Source of the DNA: Thermofilum pendens Hrk 5
Lineage (GTDB): Archaea; Thermoproteota; Thermoprotei; Thermofilales; Thermofilaceae
Assembly (NCBI RefSeq): GCF_000015225.1
Contig: NC_008698.1
Coordinates: forward strand, 690,001 to 722,000
Length of the DNA: 32,000 nt
Direction of reading: 5' to 3'
Below the pieces are notes generated by a model that had not been told where the DNA came from, ran no database searches, and was given only the letters and a program-made list of their open reading frames with translations. Made by a program: the position numbers and the translations under genes. The stretch's first letter is position 1. Every line of letters starts with the position of its first letter. Shown here in pieces: positions 8,916-16,808 of this stretch.

Positions 8916-9010
8916 GCTTTTCGGGCCGGGTTTTTGCCGGGCGCCGCGTTTTCTACGCCCGTGGCTTTTCCCGGGCTTCGCCCCGTCGCCGCTACGGCAA
9001 AGTTTTTCCG
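8916..9010 (+). terminator. Cluster of five oligo-T tracts ending the NFACT/unknown transcription unit
   Basis: T4 at 8918-8921, T5 at 8931-8935, T4 at 8949-8952, T4 at 8966-8969 and T5 at 9003-9007, all embedded in GC-rich sequence directly after the TAG at 8913-8915. Confidence 0.45.
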
Positions 9011-9071
9011 CACCGACGCCGCTACACCCGGGGGGTGTACGCTGGAGTACAGGGAGGTAGTCGCCGACGGC

Positions 9072-9539
9072 ATGCTCGGGAAGCTCGCGAAGTGGCTCAG
9101 GATCCTCGGGGTCAGGGCTCTCTACGTGCGCGGCGCCCCGGACTCCGACGTGGAGGAGCTTCTCTCGAGGCTCGAGGACCCCGTTTTCCTCACGAGGGAT
9201 AGGGCGCTCTACGCGCGGCTAGCCTCGAAGGGGTTCAAGGCTGTACTTGTCCCGGAGGCCCCGGCGGAGGCCCAGCTCGCGTTCGTCCTTCCGCGGCTTG
9301 GGGTCGAGCCAGTCCTAGACATGTCGAGGACCCTTTGCCCCCTCTGCGGTTCAAGCCTTAAGCGGGTGGACGTGCGGGAGGTCGAGGGACTGGTGCCCGA
9401 GGGCGTGCTGTCCGCCTACGACGAGTTCTACCGCTGCACGGGGTGTGGACAAGTTTATTGGCGGGGCACGCATTTCTACGAAATGAAGAGAAAGCTCGAG
9501 AAGGTGTGGTGGCTGATCCATGGGAAGGTTGTCTGCTGA
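9072..9539 (+). CDS. Mut7-C-type PIN-like RNase domain protein with C-terminal zinc ribbon
   Basis: MLGKLAKWLRILGVRALYV ... FLTRDRAL ... CPLCGSSL ... YRCTGCGQVYWRGTHFYEM matches the Mut7-C (PF01927/DUF82) pattern, including the CxxC...CxxC ribbon and the YW-G-H motif. The ORF-track start 8934 adds 46 poorly coding residues across the T-tract terminator region, so I prefer ATG 9072. Confidence 0.75.
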   Translation: MLGKLAKWLRILGVRALYVRGAPDSDVEELLSRLEDPVFLTRDRALYARLASKGFKAVLVPEAPAEAQLAFVLPRLGVEPVLDMSRTLCPLCGSSLKRVDVREVEGLVPEGVLSAYDEFYRCTGCGQVYWRGTHFYEMKRKLEKVWWLIHGKVVC

Positions 9540-10161
9540 GGAGGGAGCTCTCCTCGTTCGGCTCGCTAGGAGGGCTGTCGAGGAGTACCTGGAGAACGCC
9601 AGGGTGATAGAGCCTCCCAGGGACACCCCGCCGTCCCTGCGCGAGAAGAGCGGCGTGTTCGTGACGATAGAGAAGATACTCGTAGACCCCCTCGCGCGCA
9701 GGGCGAGGAGGGAGCTGAGGGGGTGCATAGGCTACCCGGAGCCAGTGCTACCCCTAGCGGAGGCGACGATCCACGCGGCTATAGCGGCCGCGACCGAGGA
9801 CCCGCGCTTCCCGCCCATGACCCCCAGGGAGCTCGACACCGTGGTATTCGAGGTAAGCGTTTTAACCAAGCCGGAGCCCGTCGACTACAGGTCTCCCGAG
9901 GAGCTGCCCGACAAGATAAAGGTCGGCAGGGACGGCTTGATAGTGGAGTACGGGGCTGCCCGCGGCCTCCTGCTACCGCAGGTCGCGGTGGACGAGGGGT
10001 GGGACCCGGAGGAGTTCCTGAGCTACGCCTGCCTGAAGGCGGGGCTGAGGGACGACGCGTGGAGGCATGGCGGCTTGAAGGTCTACCGCTTCCAGGCCCA
10101 GATATTCGTGGAGACAACGCCTAAGGGGGACGTCGTGGAGCGCTTCCTCGAGGTAGTCTAG
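9520..10161 (+). CDS. AMMECR1 domain protein
   Basis: GVFVTIEK ... LRGCIGYPEP ... AAIAAATEDPRFPPM ... GLLLPQVAVDEGWDPEEFL are the conserved AMMECR1 blocks. The start overlaps the Mut7-C gene by 20 nt. Confidence 0.85.
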   Translation: MGRLSAEEGALLVRLARRAVEEYLENARVIEPPRDTPPSLREKSGVFVTIEKILVDPLARRARRELRGCIGYPEPVLPLAEATIHAAIAAATEDPRFPPMTPRELDTVVFEVSVLTKPEPVDYRSPEELPDKIKVGRDGLIVEYGAARGLLLPQVAVDEGWDPEEFLSYACLKAGLRDDAWRHGGLKVYRFQAQIFVETTPKGDVVERFLEVV

Positions 10162-10200
10162 GAGCCCGGGTATACCGAATCGATAAGTTAATTATGTTCT

Positions 10201-11049
10201 TTGCTCTTTGTAGTAGCGAGGAAGTGGTGGGGGCTTTTGCCTAGGGAGGTCTTGCTCTTCATCTGCAGGGACGAGGCCTCGAAGAGCTTGATAAATGCTT
10301 TCAACAGCGAGCTCAGCGAGCTACCGAAGCCCGAGAGGCCCAAGCTCAAGGTAAAGCTCTTCAAGCTGAAAGACCCATCCAACTTCAAGAGCTACCTCGA
10401 GCAGCTAGAAGAGCTATACGGAGGAGTGTACACGCGGGAAGTAAAGGAGTACGGGATACAGAGCCTACCCGCCGTGGTCGTAGACGGCGAGAAAGTCCTG
10501 GAAGGCAGGTACCCCTCCAGGGAGGAGATAAGGAGGATACTCGGACTGCCGCCGAGGCCAGCTCCACGCGAAGAGCGACCCGCGCCCATCATTGCCCCGG
10601 AGGTCAAGGCTCCCGCAGTAGCGGCCCCTCCACCGGAGCGCCGGGAGCCCCCCAAACCCACGCGCGTACCGGAGCCGATAGAGATACCGGTAGAGCTCGA
10701 GGAGCCCGAGCTGGAGGAGCATAAGCCTCCGCCGGTACCCGAGGAGAAGCCTAGGGAGCAGCCCCCCAGGGAGGCACCAAGACCGGTGCAGCAGGCGCCC
10801 AGGCTACCCCCTCCCCCGCCGGCGCCGAAGCCGGAAGCCGTGCCAGCGAGGCCGCCGGTAGCCCAGCCGCCCAGACGCGAGCCGGCCCAACAGGTGCCTG
10901 CGCCTCCAAAGCCGGTAGCCACGGAGGACCTCAGGGGGACCTGCTTCACGTGCCTCTTCTTCGACAAGGAGCGCTCCAGGTGCAAATTGCTGCACATGAC
11001 GGTGCAGGATCCCTACAACCCGCCGTGCGGGAGGAGGCGCCCGAGGTAG
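10201..11049 (+). CDS. Thioredoxin-fold-like N-domain, ~130-aa proline-rich linker and C-terminal Cys4 motif protein
   Basis: The N-terminal ~110 aa (LLFICRDEASKS ... YGIQSLPAVVVDGEKVLEGRYPSREEIRRILG) resembles small thioredoxin/glutaredoxin-like proteins but keeps only one Cys of the CxxC. A P/E/A/R-rich low-complexity region follows. The C-terminus is CFTCLFFDKERSRCKLLHMTVQDPYNPPCGRR (C-x2-C-x9-C-x14-C). The start (TTG 10201) is uncertain; a TATA-like ataagttaatta lies at about 10175-10187. Confidence 0.6.
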   Translation: MLFVVARKWWGLLPREVLLFICRDEASKSLINAFNSELSELPKPERPKLKVKLFKLKDPSNFKSYLEQLEELYGGVYTREVKEYGIQSLPAVVVDGEKVLEGRYPSREEIRRILGLPPRPAPREERPAPIIAPEVKAPAVAAPPPERREPPKPTRVPEPIEIPVELEEPELEEHKPPPVPEEKPREQPPREAPRPVQQAPRLPPPPPAPKPEAVPARPPVAQPPRREPAQQVPAPPKPVATEDLRGTCFTCLFFDKERSRCKLLHMTVQDPYNPPCGRRRPR

Positions 11050-11064
11050 CTTCCCCGGGAAGCT
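11048..11064. repeat. 17-nt perfect palindrome agcttccc-c-gggaagct overlapping the stop codon, upstream of the lig promoter
   Basis: The 8-nt arms are exact reverse complements around a central C. It lies about 20 nt upstream of the cttataag TATA element at 11082-11089. Confidence 0.4.
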
Positions 11065-11122
11065 CGTACCGCGCGTATACTCTTATAAGCGTGTGTTGCG
11101 CCTATAAGGGTTGGTGGAGTGT

Positions 11123-12928
11123 ATGGGCGCGGCGGGAGACCTTCCCTACTCGGTCTTAGCGGATTTCTACGAGAGGATAGAGTCCACGTCTAGCCGCCTG
11201 GCGATGACAGACTACCTGGTGGCGCTCTTCAAGAAGACCCCGCCCGAGGTAATAGACAAGGTTGTATATCTGACTCAGGGCCAGCTGAGGCCCGACTACG
11301 AGGGCGTCGAGCTGGGGGTCGCTGAGAAGCTCGCCCTGAGGGCTCTCGCTAAGGCTTCGGGCAGGCACCTGAAGGACGTGGAGGATCTATACAAGAAGAC
11401 GGGCGACATAGGAGCGGTGGCCGAGAAGCTTCTCACCGCCCCGGGCGGCGGGCTTCTGGAGTTCTTCGGGACCCCTGTCCAGAAGAAGGAGCTGACGGTC
11501 TCTCAGGTGTACAGCGCGCTCATGAAGATAGCCCAGGCGTCCGGTGAGGGCGCCCAGGAGACCAAGGTCAACACGCTCGTAGCCTTGCTTCAGGACGCTA
11601 AGCCGAAGGAAGCCCGCTACATCCTGAGGACTGTGCTTGGGAGGCTCCGCCTCGGCATAGCCGACATGACGATACTCGACGCGCTCGCAGCGGCTTTCGC
11701 GGGCTCTAAGGCTGCGAGGGACGTAATCGAGAGGGCTTACACGAAGCACCCGGACCTCGGCTACATCGCGAAGTTGCTGGCCACGAAGGGCCTCGACGCC
11801 GTGGCGTCGCTGAAGATAGAGGTGGGGATCCCGGTTCTCCCAATGCTGGCCGAGAGGCTGAGCGACCCCGCGGAGATACTCGAGAAGCTGGGCGGGAAGT
11901 GCCTCGCGGAGTACAAGTACGACGGGGAGAGGGTTCAGGCTCACAAGAGCGGGGACAAGGTCCTGCTGTTCAGCAGGAGGCTGGAGAACATCACCCACCA
12001 CTACCCGGACGTCGTGGAGTACGTGAAGAGGCTGAAGGTGCGCGAGGCGATAGTGGAGGGGGAGATAGTCGCCTACAACCCGGACACCGGAGAGATGCTC
12101 CCATTCCAGGAGCTCATGCACAGGAGGCGTAAGTACGACGTGGAGAAAGCGATGAAGGAGTACCCGGTGAGGGTCTACCTCTTCGACGTGATATACATGG
12201 ACGGCGAGGAGCTGATCGAGAAGCCGCTGGACCAGAGGAGGCTCATCCTCGAGAAGATAGTCCCGGAGGGCGACGAGGACATCCTGCTGAGCACGGCGAA
12301 GGTCGTCGGCGACGCGAAGGACCTGCTACACTTCTTCGAGCAGGCGATAAGCGAGGGCTGCGAGGGGGTTATGTGCAAGTCGATAGGCCCCGGCAGCATA
12401 TACCAGATGGGCGCCAGGGGCTGGCTGTGGATAAAGTTCAAGAGGGACTACAGGATGGAGATGACCGACACCGTCGACCTCGTCGTGGTGGGCGGCTTCC
12501 ACGGCAGGGGCAAGCGTGCGGGCACATACGGCGCGCTCCTCATGGCCGCCTATGACCCGGAGACGGATACCTTCAAGACCGTCTGCAAGGTAGGCACCGG
12601 CTTCACGGACGAGGATCTCGCGAAGCTCCCGGAGCTCCTCGACCCCTACAAGATACCGCACAGGCACCCCAGGGTTTTCTCCAAGATAGAGGCGGACGTC
12701 TGGTTCGTGCCGGCGGTCGTGCTCGAAATCATAGGCGCCGAGATCACGCTCAGCCCGCTCCACACGTGTGCTCTCAACAAGCTGGAGGAGGGCGCGGGGC
12801 TGGCTATACGCTTCCCGAGGTTCACTGGGAGGTATAGGTTCGACAAGAAGCCGGAGCAGGCAACCACTGAGAGCGAGCTCATCGAGATGTACAAGTCTCA
12901 GAAGAAGACCGCCCTGCAGCAGTCCTAA
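11123..12928 (+). CDS. lig: ATP-dependent DNA ligase
   Basis: The adenylation motif I KYDG sits in [13 protein letters not shown]. The N-terminal DNA-binding domain start ([22 protein letters not shown]), the length (~600 aa) and the architecture are typical of archaeal Lig. The ORF track starts at TTG 11111; ATG 11123 sits behind TATA elements at 11082-11089 and 11101-11109. Confidence 0.93.
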   Translation: MGAAGDLPYSVLADFYERIESTSSRLAMTDYLVALFKKTPPEVIDKVVYLTQGQLRPDYEGVELGVAEKLALRALAKASGRHLKDVEDLYKKTGDIGAVAEKLLTAPGGGLLEFFGTPVQKKELTVSQVYSALMKIAQASGEGAQETKVNTLVALLQDAKPKEARYILRTVLGRLRLGIADMTILDALAAAFAGSKAARDVIERAYTKHPDLGYIAKLLATKGLDAVASLKIEVGIPVLPMLAERLSDPAEILEKLGGKCLAEYKYDGERVQAHKSGDKVLLFSRRLENITHHYPDVVEYVKRLKVREAIVEGEIVAYNPDTGEMLPFQELMHRRRKYDVEKAMKEYPVRVYLFDVIYMDGEELIEKPLDQRRLILEKIVPEGDEDILLSTAKVVGDAKDLLHFFEQAISEGCEGVMCKSIGPGSIYQMGARGWLWIKFKRDYRMEMTDTVDLVVVGGFHGRGKRAGTYGALLMAAYDPETDTFKTVCKVGTGFTDEDLAKLPELLDPYKIPHRHPRVFSKIEADVWFVPAVVLEIIGAEITLSPLHTCALNKLEEGAGLAIRFPRFTGRYRFDKKPEQATTESELIEMYKSQKKTALQQS

Positions 12929-13494
12929 CTGCGCTGAATCATCTTGTTCAGAGTCCACCTCAGCGCGCTCTTTATCTCCCTCACCCTCTCCTTGTCGCCG
13001 TAGTTCTCTATGACCACCCTTTTCAGCACGCCCCCCTCCTCCTCTATGCGGTAGTCGAACACCTCGTCGGGGCTTTTCTCGCCGCGCGCAACGAGGTCCT
13101 CGTCCTGCCTCTTGAACCCTTCGAGGAGCTTTTTTACGAAGAAGCTCTGAAACGGCGACGTACCGGAGCTCAAAGGCTTCAGGAAGACTATCTCGACCCT
13201 ACTAGGGTAGACGAGAACCCTCGCGAGGTGCTCTCCGCTAGCCGTAGCCGTAACCAGGGACTCCTCTGTGGGCTTTTCCTCGACGGTGTGCCTCGCCACG
13301 GCCTGCCTGGCTTCAGCCGCCTCGGGTTGCCGGGCAGCTACGAGCTCCGAGGCCTTCACGAAGCTAGCGGAGCTCAGCGCCTCGTCTACGAGCTTCAGCA
13401 TGGATTCTATAAGCCTCTCCTCTCTTCTCAGCTCCTCGAGCCTCTTCTCGAGGTACGATTTAACTTCTGCAAGCTCCTTCGCCGAATCCGCCAC
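12925..13494 (-). CDS. Hypothetical protein with N-terminal coiled coil
   Basis: GTG start at 13494. The heptad-like N-terminus is [36 protein letters not shown], and the C-terminal domain is alpha/beta-looking. It converges on lig with a 4-nt overlap. Codon usage is coding-like. I recognise no family. Confidence 0.6.
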   Translation of the reverse strand: MADSAKELAEVKSYLEKRLEELRREERLIESMLKLVDEALSSASFVKASELVAARQPEAAEARQAVARHTVEEKPTEESLVTATASGEHLARVLVYPSRVEIVFLKPLSSGTSPFQSFFVKKLLEGFKRQDEDLVARGEKSPDEVFDYRIEEEGGVLKRVVIENYGDKERVREIKSALRWTLNKMIQRS

Positions 13495-13520
13495 GATTGC
13501 TCACACAAGACATTTACGTT

Positions 13521-13535
13521 TCGCATATATTTATC
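13521..13535. promoter_or_regulatory. Shared AT-rich TATA region for divergent genes 12925-13494(-) and 13548-14480(+)
   Basis: tcgcatatatttatc sits in a 47-nt divergent intergenic region, about 20-30 nt from each start codon. Confidence 0.5.
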
Positions 13536-13547
13536 TAGCGCGTGACT

Positions 13548-14480
13548 ATGGGTAAACCCAGGTTCGCCGTTTCGGGGAATGCCAACCTCGACGTGTACCT
13601 TGTAGTGGAACGCATACCGGGGCCGGACGAGGCTGTTGAAGCTGTTGAGACGAGGTCCTACGTTGGGGGCGCGGCTACTAACGTCGCGGTAGCGCTTGCA
13701 AGGCTCGGTGTCTACGCGCGTTTTCTGGGCTTTGTCGGCGGGGATGACGAGGGTGCAAGGGTTCTTAAGGAGCTCGGAGGCAACGGTGTCGACACCGGTT
13801 ACGTGCAGATGTCTAGCCTGCCTACTGGGCGCGTAATTGTACTGCTCGACAGGCAGGGGAGGAGGGCTATGGTAGCCCTCAGGGGTGCGAACACCGAGCT
13901 GAAGCCGGGTTGCTTCAACGCCGAAAGCGTTCTCGGAGGGGTAGACCACCTTCACCTGAGTAGCACGCACCCCGGCTACACCGCGTGGCTACTCCAGGAG
14001 GCTAAGAGGCTCGGGCTCTCCACCAGCTGGGATCCCGGGATGGCGGTCGTGTCCCGGTCGCCGCAAGAAGTGCTCAAAGCCGCTAGAAGCGCCGACGTAC
14101 TCTTCCTGAACGAGCGCGAGTACGAAGCCCTTAGGGGCGGCCTCGCCGAGCTCGGGGAGACTCTCGTGGTGGTGAAGAGGGGAGAAGAGGGGTCCGAGGC
14201 TCCCCGGCTCGGAGTCAAGGTGAAAGCCTTCAGGGTTTCACCCGTGGACACTACGGGTGCCGGCGACACCTTCGACGCCTCCTTCCTAGTAGCGTGGAAG
14301 CTGGGCCTCAGCGTTGAAGACTGCTTGCTCCTGGGCAACGCGGCAGGGGCTCTCAAAGTCACGCGCATGGGCGCGCACTCCTCTCCCACTCTGAGAGAGC
14401 TCTACGACTTCCTTTCGTCGAGGGTAGAGTCTGGGGAAGCACTACCTAGGCTAGCGGGGCTCTTCCGGGACCTCGCCTAG
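13548..14480 (+). CDS. PfkB-family (ribokinase-like) carbohydrate/nucleoside kinase
   Basis: An N-terminal GG motif (SYVGGAATNVAVALARLG) and the PfkB signature DTTGAGDTFDASF followed by NAAGALKVTRMGA. ORF-track start is GTG 13542; ATG 13548 is preferred. Confidence 0.85.
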   Translation: MGKPRFAVSGNANLDVYLVVERIPGPDEAVEAVETRSYVGGAATNVAVALARLGVYARFLGFVGGDDEGARVLKELGGNGVDTGYVQMSSLPTGRVIVLLDRQGRRAMVALRGANTELKPGCFNAESVLGGVDHLHLSSTHPGYTAWLLQEAKRLGLSTSWDPGMAVVSRSPQEVLKAARSADVLFLNEREYEALRGGLAELGETLVVVKRGEEGSEAPRLGVKVKAFRVSPVDTTGAGDTFDASFLVAWKLGLSVEDCLLLGNAAGALKVTRMGAHSSPTLRELYDFLSSRVESGEALPRLAGLFRDLA

Positions 14481-14591
14481 GCTCTCTGGGCCGTGACGCC
14501 TGGTAGGGCGAGGTGCGCGCCATCAAACTTAAATACCGGAGTTTCAAGAGGAAACGTGCCTACGGGGAAGGAGAGCTTGCTGGGGGGTTAG

Positions 14592-14933
14592 ATGCAGAGA
14601 GATGTGGCTTGTTCTCCTCTATGTCCCTTCAGGGCGTTCACCTGTTATAAAAACGCCCTCATATACAGGAGGACCAAGAGAGGCGTAGAGCCCTTCTGCA
14701 CGTGGACGGGGGAGCCGTGCATAGGATGGAAGTGCCAGTTCGCCGGGTGCTCCAAGCACGCGTTGTTGCCGGACGGTACGTGCAGGTTGAAGCTCGAGAA
14801 GGTTCAGGGGAGGAGGGAGGAGGAAGAGGAGTTCTCGATAGAAGAGGAGGCGAAGGCCCTCGAGAAAGAGGTTTACGGCAAGATAAGGGATAAGCTGAAG
14901 AAGCTGGGCGCTAGGGTTGACGACATTGAGTAG
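14592..14933 (+). CDS. Small cysteine-rich protein (8 Cys in the first 64 aa) with an acidic/lysine-rich helical tail
   Basis: The ATG is preceded by an in-frame TAG and a GGGGGGT Shine-Dalgarno-like run. The Cys pattern is C-x3-C-x6-C-x17-C-x6-C-x4-C-x4-C-x10-C. The C-terminal EEEEEFSIEEEAKALEKEVYGKIRDKLKKLG is predicted helical. I recognise no family. Confidence 0.55.
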   Translation: MQRDVACSPLCPFRAFTCYKNALIYRRTKRGVEPFCTWTGEPCIGWKCQFAGCSKHALLPDGTCRLKLEKVQGRREEEEEFSIEEEAKALEKEVYGKIRDKLKKLGARVDDIE

Positions 14934-14981
14934 CGATGGGTTGATTACTGGGCGCCGTTTTTCGAAGAGGGGGTGTAAAGC

Positions 14982-16808
14982 TTGAAAACCCTGTTGATAC
15001 ACGCGAAGCACTTCGAGTACGAAGCGCGCGAAAAGGCCCTCGATGCCGCCGAGAGCATTGACGGAAACCGGTCCGGGAGCTTCGAGAACGCCCTCGTGGT
15101 CTTCGTCACGGTCGAGAAGGGCGACGGCTCGTCTCAGGACGTCGTCGAGGAAGCGGCCGCCGACGTGCTAGACGTCTTCAGGCGCGTCGGGGCCTCCAGG
15201 GTCGTCGTGTACCCCTACGCGCATCTCTCGGACGACCTTGCCGACCCGGAGGAGGCTAAGAGGGTCCTGTCCCAGCTGGCGGAGAGGATTTCCAGCGCGG
15301 GTGTCCCGGTCTCCCGCGCCCCCTTCGGCTGGTACAAGAGGTTCTCGGTGGAGTGCTACGGGCACCCTCTCTCCGAGCTCTCCAGGACCATAAAGCCGGG
15401 TAGGAGGGTTAGGCCGGGCTACGCCGACTTCGCCGTTATGTTCCCCGACGGGAGGATAGTGGGGATCGAGGAGCTGAGAGCGGAGGAGCTCCCGGAGGAC
15501 TTCGTAGCCCTCCTGGAGGCCGAGGTCTTCAAGAAGAAGCGGGAAGGCGGGGAGCCGAAGTACCTGGAGTACTGCAGGAAGTTCGGCTTTGAGTGGGAGC
15601 CAATGAGCGACCTGGGCCACATGAGGTATGGTCCCGAGGCGACCATAATGCTCGACGCGGTGGCGGAGTACGCCTGGCAGTGTGCGAGAAGCCTCGGCAT
15701 ACCGGTCTACAAGGTGCGCGGAACGAACACGTTCAACCTTTCCTTCAAGCCTGTCGCGCAGCACGCTCAGCTCTTCGGAGACAGGCTGTACCAGATGGAG
15801 GTAGACGAGAAGAAGCTGATACTCAGGTACGCGGCCTGCCACCAGCAGTTCGCTATGGTGAAGGACTGGGAGATCAGCTACAGGGACCTACCCTTCGGCG
15901 CGTTCGAAGTCGCGGACAGCTACAGGCTTGAGCAACCAGGCGAGCTCCTGCTCTGCTTCAGGCTGAGGAAGTTCTACATGCCGGACCTCCACGTTTTCTG
16001 CAAGGACCTCGCCGAGGCGATGGAGGTATCCTTCAGGATCCACTCAAAGATATACGAGGAGATAAGGAAGCTGGGAAGGGACTACGTAAGCATCTACAAC
16101 CTGACGAGGTCCTTCCTGGAGCAGCACAGAGACTACCTGAAGAGGCTCGTAGAGATGGAGGGCAAGCCTGTACTGCTACACTTCGTACCGGAGGGTAAGT
16201 ACTACTGGGTGATAAACGTGGAGTACAACATAATAGACGAGCTCGGACGCCCAAGGGAGATAGGAACCTTCCAGATAGACGTGGGGAACGCGGAGAGGTT
16301 CGGGATAACCTACGTAGACGAGAATAACACCAGGAGGTACCCGGTGATAATCCACACGGCGATAATAGGCTCTCTCGAAAGGTACGTGTTCGCAGTCCTA
16401 GACACGGCGGCCAAGAAGGCCCGCGCCGGCGAGGTCCCCTCGCTACCGCTCTGGCTGTCGCCCGTTCAGGTGCGGGTAATACCTCACTCCTCCGAATACC
16501 TGAAGCTCGCCGACAGTATCGCGGACAAGCTGGAGGAGCAGGGGATCCGGGTAGACGTGGACGACAGGGAGGAAAGCCTCGCGAAGAGGATCAGGGACGC
16601 GGAAGTAAAGTGGATACCGTACGTGGTGGTCGTGGGTAAAAGGGAGGCCGAGTCGGGAAAACTCACCGTGAGGGTGAGGGGGCAGGGACAGTACGAGATG
16701 TCGCTAGAGGAGCTCGTAGGCCGCCTAGTCTCGGAGCTTAAAGGGTACCCAAGAGTTTCGGCGGCGCTCCCAAGGTACGTGAGCGCGCGCCCGAGGTACA
16801 GTCCTTGA
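14982..16808 (+). CDS. thrS: Threonyl-tRNA synthetase, full-length archaeal type (N-terminal archaeal editing domain, catalytic core, anticodon-binding domain)
   Basis: MKTLLIHAKHFEYEAREKA is the typical start of the archaea-specific ThrRS editing domain. A class II core follows, then a C-terminal anticodon-binding block PLWLSPVQVRVIP ... VDVDDREESLAKRIRDAEVKWIPYVVVVGKRE. TTG start with GGGGGTG 5 nt upstream. Confidence 0.9.
   Translation: MKTLLIHAKHFEYEAREKALDAAESIDGNRSGSFENALVVFVTVEKGDGSSQDVVEEAAADVLDVFRRVGASRVVVYPYAHLSDDLADPEEAKRVLSQLAERISSAGVPVSRAPFGWYKRFSVECYGHPLSELSRTIKPGRRVRPGYADFAVMFPDGRIVGIEELRAEELPEDFVALLEAEVFKKKREGGEPKYLEYCRKFGFEWEPMSDLGHMRYGPEATIMLDAVAEYAWQCARSLGIPVYKVRGTNTFNLSFKPVAQHAQLFGDRLYQMEVDEKKLILRYAACHQQFAMVKDWEISYRDLPFGAFEVADSYRLEQPGELLLCFRLRKFYMPDLHVFCKDLAEAMEVSFRIHSKIYEEIRKLGRDYVSIYNLTRSFLEQHRDYLKRLVEMEGKPVLLHFVPEGKYYWVINVEYNIIDELGRPREIGTFQIDVGNAERFGITYVDENNTRRYPVIIHTAIIGSLERYVFAVLDTAAKKARAGEVPSLPLWLSPVQVRVIPHSSEYLKLADSIADKLEEQGIRVDVDDREESLAKRIRDAEVKWIPYVVVVGKREAESGKLTVRVRGQGQYEMSLEELVGRLVSELKGYPRVSAALPRYVSARPRYSP

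Noticed and set aside
10392-10997. 201-aa G/S-rich ORF on the minus strand
   Set aside because: It is the mirror image of the proline-rich (CCN) coding tract of 10201-11049 and has no independent support.
11387-12958. Minus-strand ORFs 11387-12121 (244 aa) and 12326-12958 (210 aa)
   Set aside because: They are antisense to the well-supported DNA ligase gene and have no motifs.
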